Of a stretch of DNA of 64,000 nt, positions 1 through 9,695 are shown in pieces (within the stretch, counting starts at the first letter, position 1; every line of letters begins with the position of its first letter). Where the stretch lies: the NCBI GenBank assembly GCA_973895155.1, contig OZ316894.1, forward strand, positions 20,466,451 to 20,530,450. The letters run 5' to 3'. This DNA comes from Marsupella aquatica (lineage: Eukaryota; Plantae; Marchantiophyta). The notes under the pieces are model-generated. The model was not told the DNA's origin, made no database searches, and saw nothing but the letters and a program-made list of their open reading frames with translations. The position numbers were made by a program, and so were the translations under genes.

Positions 1-324
1 GACAAAGCAGTCAAAGCACAGAAGAAAGACAAGACACGGATCACGGTGGGATTGTGTGCGAACATGGATGGCAGCATGAAGCTCCCTCCTCTGGTCATTA
101 ACAAGGCTGCAATGCCCCGAGCTTTCTCCCAGCGCAAGATCAAGCTACCAAACAACTTGGGCATTATGTGGTATAGCAATTCAAAAGCGTGGATGAAGGG
201 CAACATTTTTCAGGATTGGGTGCTTTGATTCGATAGCCGGTTGAAATCTTTGGGCCGAAAGAAGGTGGTCTTGCTGCTGGACAATGCACCTGGACATCTT
301 CTAGCTCCAATTGCCAGCAAGCTG
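1..324 (+). pseudogene. pogo/Tigger-like DDE_1 transposase, 5' fragment (truncated by window, in-frame stop)
   Basis: Frame 1 reads KKDKTRITVGLCANMDGSMKLPPLVI...WYSNSKAWMKGNIFQDWVL*FDSRLKSLGRKKVVLLLDNAPGH, typical of CENP-B/pogo DDE_1 domains. There is a TGA at 226-228. Confidence 0.92.
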
Positions 325-3300
325 TGTAGTATCACACTAGGGACATAAATAAACATTTAAGATCCAAAACTCGATATTCGTTCCCATGGAAGAACATGTA
401 AGGAATGATTTTCTATGATTTAGCACTTATGAATGAATAAGGTAACAAAAACACAAAGGTTGAGCCTTTTACTATGGTTGCTCAGCAAGGCATAGTTTAA
501 AATGTCTGCTTGACATTGTAAATAAAATTAACAAATGAAAACAATTAATAAAACACAATGAAAAAATCTTGAGGTATGGTGAGGGAGTTAGAAAACAACC
601 AAGGTGACTCCTCAACATAACTTCATTTGATATGATTTAGGTGGTATATCCGCAAGAACATTTCTGGAAAGGATTACGGTACTAGGATGATTACTAAAAT
701 GCTGTCAACATGTCTCAACTTTTCCTTCCAAGGTACTGAGTGGAGACTAGTAATCAATCACTTCTGTATCCAATCGGTACTTTGTGTCACAAATAAGAGA
801 CACTATCATAATCAAATTTGAAGCCATAAGTAATTGGTAAGTAACAATCTCTGCATCCCGTGCACAAGCAATGTCACGTCAAAAACTATGCATCAAGAAC
901 TAAGGAATATGTAAAACATCACCAGCAAGGAATCTATTTCCACATACTCAAAAGATTTAACAATCACAATAATTTTACTTCAAGGGTCCAAACTTCTCAT
1001 TCATTTAGACTTGAAGGGAGAAGAATTTCTTTGTATTAAGTACTCATATGCAATGGAGTGCTTGCTACAAACGGAGGTAACAAAGTTGCAATCTTGCAAC
1101 TGAGCGCTCATGAAATTTCTTCACACTAAAAGTGACATAAATTCAACTAAATATAGGGTGGCAGGAACTAAAGAGGAAAAGAGATAATGAAAGAACATGC
1201 CCTTTCATATCTTAAGGGTCATAAACTAAAGTAAAAAGTATGAAAATATGCTATAAGAGTACTCAAGGTTCACTAGAATATTGTTGGAATGAAAAACTAA
1301 CCAAAAGTTATCCCTAGTGTAAACTGGAGTAAAAGTGTTTTTTGCACTTTTGTGGTAAATAGTGAGTTTATCGGAATTTTAATTTCTAACATAAAAGTCA
1401 AAATGGAGTGAAACTTTACTAGGTGGAAGATTTATATACATGCTACATGCTGGAAAAATTTTAGACTTTTATGAGGTGTCTAAGTGCCTTAATAAAATCG
1501 GTGAAAAGTGCTGTCGGATATAAAATATACTCTTCCGGAAAAATTTCTAAGTGTTGGAGGCGCCGTTGCGCCTTTGGAGCACTAGCGCCGTTGCGCTTTT
1601 GCGCACTCACGCTTTTTACAAAACTAAAAATGTCATATATTCTAAACTACATGTCGGTTTAAGTCGATACTTTCAGGGGAGGGTCTGCTACATAAGGACT
1701 ACCTCCTGGAAAAGTATGGGACTTTTCTAACTACTTGAGCTATTTAACTAAAATTGCAGAGATTGACTGATCTTAACTATTGTCGTAGGAGAACTAATCT
1801 TGTTGGAGTAGTGCTGTCTGGTCCGGTTGTTGAAAACTCCTGAATGTCTCGGTTTGAATCGCCTCTCGAAGGAAATCCATAGCCTGTGTATCATGTCGAG
1901 CAAATGGAAGAGATCTGATTTGTCGTTCAGCATTTAGAATGGGGAGTAGTCTTCTGTGAAACATAGTGTTCACCTTGCTAGCTTGCATATAGATGCCAAC
2001 CAAATCATAACTACAACAAGTAGTATGGTAGTTGCGTGGAAACTTGTTGATGAAGGTGTCAGAGTCCTTGGCAAGTGATAGCAGTGGGGTGACACGAGGT
2101 AACAGTTCCCGCCACTTCAAGGTGTAATCAGCCAATCGCTGGGAAGTGATGTTGTTCCAGATTCTCTGACTCTCAGCAACTGGTGATATAAATTGCTGAA
2201 CAATAAAGGGTTTCTCTGGTAGGACACCATGGTTGACCTGATATCGTTTGTTGGTTTGTCTCAAAAAGTTGATGATGAATTCCAAGACATAGGCAGGTAA
2301 GTTCCCGAAGTATGCCAAGGCCAGATCTCCATTCTCCAATACAATGTGTCCAACTAGGATTAGGACAGCAAGAATAGGGCGAAAATATTTAGCCTCTGTC
2401 CAGATCTCATCCATCTCTGCTATCTCTAGGCGGGTGACATCCTTCAAATGAAGCTTCAGGATATAGAGACATTCAACTCTCTTCTTATGATAGTATTGCC
2501 AAAACTCTAAAATGGGAGGAGTTCTAAGGTCTGAAACTCTGACAAACTCAGCAAATTGTGTAATATTCTCCTGAGGGGTCTTAGGGTCAATATGCAGTGT
2601 AGGGATGAAATTAACCTGACAGGATTTATCTTGACCTGGTGGAAGGGTGTCAGGATAAGAAGTGGCAAGATGTTCACCTGTAGGGGTGATCTCAGGTTCT
2701 GGAAAACTAGGATAGAGTTGGTCTGGTTGATTCGAAGGACTGTAAGGAGAGGTGGGTGAATGACTGGAAGAAGGGGAAGAATAGTAAATGGGAGAGCCAG
2801 AGGCTGAGGTATGATAACGGACGGCAGAATAGACTTGCTTCGGATTGCATCCGAAAATCTGTGTAAGCCTGTGGACTAAATCCTCACAATATTCTCGATG
2901 ATGATCTCGGGTAAGTAAAGCTGATGTCTTATGCAAAAGATCATCCAAGACATCAATTAAGTGTCTCTCATCACACTCCAGCATGTCAGTCATTTTATTA
3001 ATAAGAGTAGGATAGTGTTCAGCAGAGTGACCTGGGGAAGCAGATAGTGTCTGTTGGAGCTCTAACCTGGGTGATGCATCATTTTCCTCCATTGGTTCAG
3101 CTTCAGCAATATTTGTAACCCTAATATTGGAGGTGGGTCGAAATAGCTCCATCACTTCGGGATAGAACTGAGTCGGACCTTGGGTTGGAGAGTATAGAGA
3201 GTCGGGACTACTAGGTTCAGGCAGAGTTACAGAGGCTGCTCTTAACCTCTCAACAGAGTCAACTATCTCCTCAGGTTCACAGATCAATAAGTTGCTTAAC

Positions 3301-4831
3301 TTATCAATAATTTGCTGATTAGATTCTACTCTCAGTTCATCAGCCGTTGGTTTGCTGAACATGAAGGGTCTCTTACGGGATCTCATAGAAGGGGTCAAGC
3401 TGTCTACAGATAAATTCTGAGTTGGGACTGTGGGTGATCGAAGAGTATTAGGGATAGATATGTCAACTACAGGTACAGAAGGTGGAGACGTTTCTACTGG
3501 TTCTGGCTCGGATGTATACTCATCAAGATTGGAATTGAGGGGGGTGTAAAGTCTTCTATCCTGATTGAGATTTTCGAAAGGGGATAGTGGGTTATCAGGA
3601 ATTGGTGAAGAGGTGCTTCTGGGTTCCACAAGTGGTTCTCTATGGGTAAGAGGGGTAACCTCTGAACAGATAGGTGGGGGAACCTCCGGTTGGACTTCAT
3701 CAGCATCTTCTCCTTCAGTATCCTCGTCTCCTGATTCACTAAGATCAAATTCATCAAGCAGTCTGGTCCGCTCCTCTTGTTCGCCTGGAAGTAAGCAATT
3801 CCCATGAAAGTACAACTGGCAAAGATAAGAAGGGAGAGTAGTGAACTCGTCCATTTTCACCTTCTTTACTTGAGATAAAATAACCTGTCTTAGCAACAAG
3901 GCCCAATTTATTTGAGCAACTCCCTTCCAACTTGCCACAATAGTATTGGCAAGTGACACAGGTATCATATGTGGCCGGATGGGATGGAGAATTGGAATCA
4001 AAAATTCCAAAATGATTTTGAGAGTATAATCGGTGCACTGGTCCATTTTCCATCCATGGTGAACGTTTCGAGTTCCAGAAAAATAAGGCCTCGGAGTCTC
4101 TCCTTGTCATGAGTGTAAGCTATCGCCTTCGGCAGGACAGTCGAAAGCATCAGCAACAAATTGCAGAGTCCAGAATTCTGGATTCGCCCGAGCAGTTCCC
4201 ACCATACCGACTTCGATTCGTGCCCCATCACTGAAATCCTTCAGAAAACTCAATGAAGTTGCAGACCAAGGCAGAGTGAGTAATTTACTCAGGTGCATGA
4301 CCGCCAGTGCTTCCTTCAAAACGTGCAAGCTTCTTTTCATCGTAGGGTATGTCACAGGGACGGCCTTAGGTAGAGGAACTCCTCTCGCAGTCATCTATCC
4401 TCCTTTGTCTGCCATAGCAACAAGAAACAAGGCGTTGTCGCCAACTATCGATCCGAAGAGAGCAATGCCAAGTGATCCGCTATTGCGCCTTTGCTCCGTT
4501 GCGCTGTTGCGCTTTTCCGCCGATACGCCGTTGCGCTTTTGCTCCAAAGCGCCGTTGCGCCTTTACACCGATACGCTCTGTGTAACTCACAGTCAAACGC
4601 GGCAGCACCAATCTTCCTTCCGTGCTTCAAGAACATCGATAGTAGTTTCTTCTGGCTCGTCTCACCCCTACCTAATTACTCAGGATATTATCCATTAATC
4701 CGACTAACTTAAGTCTTAACCTTACTTATATCTAAAAGTAGATTAATTGGCTATGTTTAATCTATTTCTAACTACAAAATTTTTAAAAGTTTTTCATTAT
4801 TTCTAAGTTTCTAATTTAGACAGCTATTACA
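325..4831 (-). mobile_element. LTR-retrotransposon-derived insertion (solo-LTR-like, 4507 bp) nested in the transposase
   Basis: Termini TGTAGTA...TATTACA (TG...CA, imperfect inverted repeat). Perfect 5-bp TSD AGCTG at 320-324 and 4832-4836. GCGCCGTTGCGC-type short repeats at about 1560-1603 and 4480-4562. No gag/pol motifs or paired LTRs seen. The strand is inferred from the ORF. Confidence 0.85.
1794..4394 (-). pseudogene. Retroelement-associated accessory ORF (~866 aa) with a single in-frame TGA at 4107-4109
   Basis: ORFs 4107..4394 and 1794..4046 are in the same frame (…GDSLHS*QGETPRPYFSGTRNVHHGWKMDQC…). N-terminal helical region, Pro/Ser-rich low-complexity middle, globular-looking C-terminus. 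Confidence 0.75.
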
Positions 4832-4836
4832 AGCTG

Positions 4837-5631
4837 GAAATTATGAAAGTCATGTTTTTGCCTCCAAACACCACCTCACGTCTGCAGCCCATGGATGCAG
4901 GTATAATTCAGAGCTTTAAGTGTCAATATCAGAGACTGTTCATTCGAAAACAACTAGCCGATTTTGAGAAGGGTGAGCCATTTTCAGTTGATGTCTATCA
5001 AGCTGTAATGATGGTGGTAAATGCATGGAATGATGGAGTTACGCAGGCTACAATTCAACATTGTTGGGAACATTGTGGTCTGACGATTTTCAGGGATGAG
5101 CGAACAGATCGAGTTTCCCGTGAAATTGACCTTGAGGCACCGTTGGAGGACTCTGATCTTGAGAATCAATTGGAAGAACTTGCTGAACACTTGCAGCAAT
5201 TGTCACTGACCTATGCAGTGAATTTATCAGTCACAGAGTATGTCAATGTTGACTCTGTGACCAATGCTCCTACATTTGACACAGACGCAGACCTTTCAGA
5301 ATTTGTAGTGGACAATGAGGGTGAGGACAAAAATGAAGCAGAGATTGCAGCAGACGAAGTAGTACAGCAAGGCGATATGGAATGTGATGAAATTGAAGCT
5401 CATGTGGAAGTGCCTCACATGACATTTGGTGTTGGAATGTCACATTTTGAGAATCTGCTGACTTTTTTCCAGCAGCAAGAATGGGATACTTACTCTATCT
5501 CACTTGAATTGAAGAAAATGATGAAAGCTTGTACAAAGGAGCACCTGAAGACCCTTGTTCAGTCGAGTCTTGAAAGCTTCTTTGATCTCGATGCTCAAGC
5601 TGCGTGCAGAATTTTGGATGCAACATTTTGA
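4837..5631 (+). pseudogene. pogo/Tigger-like DDE_1 transposase, 3' fragment
   Basis: EIMKVMFLPPNTTSRLQPMDAGIIQSFK...AWNDGVTQATIQHCW plus an acidic tail. It joins in frame to codon 322-324 (…ASKL/EIMKV…) once the insertion and one TSD copy are removed. Confidence 0.93.
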
Positions 5632-5870
5632 GTTGGAAGTCTTAAGTGATAATTTTTGCATTTGTGCACTTAAGTACTAGGGCAAAAGATGGCGGGAAGG
5701 ACAGCCCCATGTTTGCCCTTGACGCCATAAAACCTGTAGGGTTGCGAACTCTCCTCCATTGTCTTTTTTTCCTATTGTGTTTTGAAGGTGCAGAAGGTGA
5801 ATAGGGCAAGTCGAGGCTATTTTGAGCGCAAGAAAGAGGGGGCAAGGCGAGGCTATTTCTGAGCGCTGCT

Positions 5871-6410
5871 ATGCCGAAACGAAAGCAGCCCGCCCCCCTC
5901 GTAGCACCTTTGGAAGATCAGTTTTTCCGAGGGGTCAATGCATGCTTCATGTTTGATGGGAAGGTGGGATGGACACGATACACTGTTCTCCATGACAGAT
6001 TCAAGCTTTTCGGGGGAGTCTTTGCCACGGAGATGAACCCTAGCACTACCCACATCATCACCTCTTCGTGGTCAACTATCATTGAGAAACAATGTGTTTG
6101 CTGGAAGTGCCCATTTCGATTGTCATCAAGCATCCGCTGTGTATCCTGGGATTGGGTGACTGCTTGCCTTACGACACATCGCCAGGTAGCAGAGTTCCAT
6201 TTTTGGCTTGATCTGGATGGCGAATGCTTTGGCCAGCTTCATAGGTGGAAGAAATTGAACGGAACTTTTAGCCCCGATGGCAAATGGACCTATATTGAAG
6301 GGAAATACAATGCTGAGGCTGTGGAGGGCGAAGTAGACCAGGCAGAAAGCTCCTTAGTTGAAGGGGACTGCTCAATCCATACTGCTGTCGGTACTGAAGA
6401 AGTTGTGTAG
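5871..6410 (+). CDS. BRCT-domain-like protein, 179 aa, intronless
   Basis: FFRGVNACF...FKLFGGVFATEMNPSTTHIITS...IRCVSWDWVTACL matches BRCT hallmarks (F-x-G, GG turn, TH-hydrophobic strand, W-x3-C). Basic N-terminus MPKRK; AATAAA about 70 bp downstream. Confidence 0.72.
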   Translation: MPKRKQPAPLVAPLEDQFFRGVNACFMFDGKVGWTRYTVLHDRFKLFGGVFATEMNPSTTHIITSSWSTIIEKQCVCWKCPFRLSSSIRCVSWDWVTACLTTHRQVAEFHFWLDLDGECFGQLHRWKKLNGTFSPDGKWTYIEGKYNAEAVEGEVDQAESSLVEGDCSIHTAVGTEEVV

Positions 6411-7798
6411 GCCCACTGTAGGAACTGTAGACAGACCACTTTTGTTTTTACTACACACTCGACACTAATGTTCTCATTTTGAAATAAAGGTTAATTTCAC
6501 GGAATGTCTGTGTGATCTAGGAACATTGCACTATTTACAATGTGCATGGTGAGTTCTGGAGTCCATATCATTGTTCATTCACTTGGTAGTGCTCAATTTG
6601 CCATCGCCCAGACAATTTGGTCTCAAGACTTGGAAACCTTGGATAATTACACATTTAACAAAGGATCTTAAATTAATCACACTTATCTATTACATCACTT
6701 TTAGTGGGATGTGCGCTTATCAAGTCATGCAACACCTGCTGAAAGTGCATGCCAGATTGTTCTTCCCGAGAGGGTGCGTTTATCCAGGGGCCACTGTAAA
6801 GGGCATTCTTCCCCAGTATCTGTGTGAAAATTGAGTTTTGCAAACGCTTCTACGATGCAATTACCGACAAGTTATACCTGCTGCTTGCATTTCACAGGTT
6901 ACGTATCTCCCGGTCGTTATGTCAGTTCTGCATCCGGTAATCAAGCACCTTCTGCGCACACGGCGGCTCAGGAAATCTTTTGACGCGTAGGCACCAGACC
7001 GTAAGTTTCATCTCGAACGAACCAGCGCATGTCAATTAATGTTGGATTCCATTTGAATGATGCGCAAATTCTATAATCAACCTCCATTCCGATTTTGTCG
7101 GGGACATTCTTGGATAAACACACAGGTTCCACCAAGCTAAACAATCGTTCCACTTCGTCAAATCTACACTGCACTAAATTTCTGACAGTATCAGGAATTC
7201 TCTCTGTCAAATCTGTCACATTCGTTCATTTGTACATCCCTCTGTCCCCTGCCCTATTCTATACCCGGAGAGGTGATTGATTCGCGATTCTCAATTGCTG
7301 AAAGATACTTTTACTTGCTTCCAGACTTTAGTGGGTGGCCATTTAAATATTAGCAACCAAGTTTTCTCACTATTTGTTGTTTGTATTTAGTTCATATCTA
7401 GCCAAAACATGTGCTTGCTACCAATTTTAATGTATAACACGGATTCCCAGGGCATCCATTTTCATGTACAGATGTTTAGGAACACGGTTTTGCAGGCATT
7501 CAGCCTTATGTCAAGATTATCAGGATGTTTTGCTTACTATTGAATCCTTCCATTTCCTGAAAATATAATTTTTCCAGCCATCATATAAAGTTTTTCAGGC
7601 TGTTGTGTTTAGTGTTGAATTCTTCCATTTCCTGAAACTGCTGGCATATTTTGCTATCCTCTCCTTTTTGGGAAGTCAAATTTTGGTATAGGTACCAATT
7701 TGTTTGTAACTACAGATGTCATTGTGTGCTAGATTTTATTGCTTAAAAGATGTCCTTGATTGCCCAAAGACTTGCAGGTAGACTGATGGGGTTTTCTC

Positions 7799-7923
7799 TG
7801 TCATGGACCCACTGCATGAACCTCGCCGGTCCCTGGGCACTGGCCGGTCTTTGGAGTTTTCTTTGTCATGGACCCATTGCATGGGACCTCGCCGGTCCCT
7901 GGGCACTGGCCGGTCTTTGGAGT
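7799..7923. repeat. Tandem duplication, ~66 bp x2
   Basis: TGTCATGGACCCA..GCATG..ACCTCGCCGGTCCCTGGGCACTGGCCGGTCTTTGGAGT occurs twice. Confidence 0.9.
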
Positions 7924-8204
7924 GTGTTGCTCCTTCTGTAGTTTTCTAAACTTCTGGTTTGGTTTCTTTGCCTCTTGTTGAGGCTCAACTCCTTCTCTGG
8001 TTCTGGTTTTTCCCGGTCACGGCACTTCGACCTTCGGTCGTTTTGGGTTGGTGTCCTGGTTTTCTGCCCCCCCCCCGCATTGTATGCTAGCTTTTTTAAT
8101 GGAATTCAATTGGTTTTTTCGAGGCAAAAACAAAAAATGTCCTTGACTACACAAAGACGCAAAAGATGTCATTACATAAATGATAACGTTGTGCACAAGA
8201 TGTG

Positions 8205-8500
8205 GTCATGACTCATGTGCTAAGTGCAAAAGTAATCACAATTCTGTTGTAAGTCCAGTATGACTCCCTTTTGCCAAGTGAACGTTATCACAATGGGTTG
8301 AGTCTAGCATGACTTCCATGTGCTAAGTGAAAAAGTAATCACAGTCTTCTGCGAGTCCACCATGACTCCCATGGACCAACTGAACAAAGTAATCACAATC
8401 TGTTGTGAATCCAACATGACTTGTAATCATAATCTTTTGTGAGTCCAGTATGACTCCCATCTGCTAAGTGAAAAAGTGATCACAGTATGTTGTGAGTCTA
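8205..8500. repeat. Degenerate minisatellite, ~50 bp x ~6
   Basis: Recurrent CATGACTC...CTAAGTGAAAAAGTAATCACA...TGTGAGTCCA units. Confidence 0.85.
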
Positions 8501-8836
8501 CCCCAACTCCCCAACCACCATCTAGTACTTCGTCCCTCCTGTCCCATGTGATGACTTTTTTTTCTTTTTATTGAAAGGGGAGGGGCAATCTGGCCCAAGT
8601 AAACTACCCAAAGGGTTGTCTTGCACTTTGTCTCCTTGTTTGATTTTTAATTTCGTTGGCACACCTATATCATAGTAGAACTACCCTAAGGGTTGTCTTT
8701 GCATGTGCAGCCCCCTATGCTTTGCAGCCCTCGATTATCCCAAAACAGCTGCTACTACATGTCACTAGGCCCGACTTAGTGGCCTGGGGTCATATTGTTT
8801 GTTCAGTTTTTTTTTGCCTTGAAAACCGAAAGCAGG

Positions 8837-9123
8837 CCCATCCAACAGAGGATAGACGTCCTGCTTTGGAGCATGCATTTCTATGTAGGGCAGCCACAAG
8901 GGGACAATACCCAAGGATCCGACAGGGACCCAGACCAGGAGGGAGAGAGGATTAAACCAGAACCCAAAGTGGGCAACCTCAGCCATCCAACAGAGGATAG
9001 ACGGCTTGCTTTGGAGCATGCATTTCTATGTAGGGCAGCCACAAGGGGACAATACCCAAGGATCCAACAGGGACCCAGACCAGGAGGGAGAAAGGATTTA
9101 AACAGAACCCAAAGTGGGCAACC
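8837..9123. repeat. Tandem duplication, ~146 bp x2
   Basis: CCATCCAACAGAGGATAGACG...GAACCCAAAGTGGGCAACC occurs twice with few differences. The ORFs here are by-products of the repeat. Confidence 0.92.
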
Positions 9124-9623
9124 AGGGGTGAGGAGAAAATCAATACCTCCACCACTACACTCCACACACACACACACATACCGTCCACACCCCTTATGTG
9201 TGGAGGGAGGATTGAACCTGGGACCTTGTTTGTTCAGTTTTCACATGTCAGGACCTGGATAGCCCGAAAATTTCCAGCCTTTGCCCTTGCTGTCAAGCTT
9301 GAGCCGGAAAGTTTATAGCCTTTGCCCTTGCTGTCAGGCTTGAGAGGGTTCAGCCATGAAATTCTCAATCTGTATTATGATGCCAGGAGTTCAGCTTAGG
9401 GGGGCCTACATGCAAAAGGATCCTAAGAATCAAAGAAGGCTTCCATTCACCACGTCTTCCCAAGTCTTCCCATCCAAATATAAATTGACATCATTCTTCC
9501 ATCTTGTATGTAGGCAGTTTCTCTCCACCACTAAACGTACATCTCCATGATTCGAGTTTCCTTTCAGTCCACGCCAGTTTACTTTGTCTCATTAACAAAA
9601 CAAAGGCTTGCAATGGGAAAAAG

Positions 9624-9695
9624 AGGCCCCACCGAGATTCGAACTCGGGCTCTTGGATTCAAAGTCCAATGTCGTAACCACTAGACTATGGGGCC
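9624..9695 (-). tRNA. tRNA-Gln (anticodon TTG)
   Basis: GGCCCCATAGTCTAGTGGTTACGACATTGGACTTTGAATCCAAGAGCCCGAGTTCGAATCTCGGTGGGGCCT. Paired acceptor stem, anticodon arm TTGGA-CTTTGAA-TCCAA, T-loop GTTCGAATC, followed by a TTTTT Pol III terminator. Confidence 0.96.

Larger units (their letters stand above)
1..6796 (+). mobile_element. pogo/Tigger-type (Tc1/mariner superfamily) DNA transposon; left end lies outside the window; interrupted by a nested insertion
   Basis: DDE_1 transposase motifs at 1-324 and 4837-5631. Probable right TIR ...GGGTGCGTTTATCCAGGGGCCACTG (about 6772-6796) followed by TA (6797-6798). Read inward it is TA|CAGTGGCCCCTGGATAA, which resembles pogo/Tigger ends. The matching left TIR is not visible. 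Confidence 0.75.

Noticed and set aside
6411-6420. GCCCACTGTA as an alternative pogo right end
   Set aside because: Only the terminal CACTG|TA matches. The 6772-6796 site looks more like a full TIR, and the BRCT ORF lies inside the element either way.
8656-9262. Overlapping 84-155-aa ORFs with internal repeats
   Set aside because: Products of the 146-bp tandem duplication; no domain recognised.
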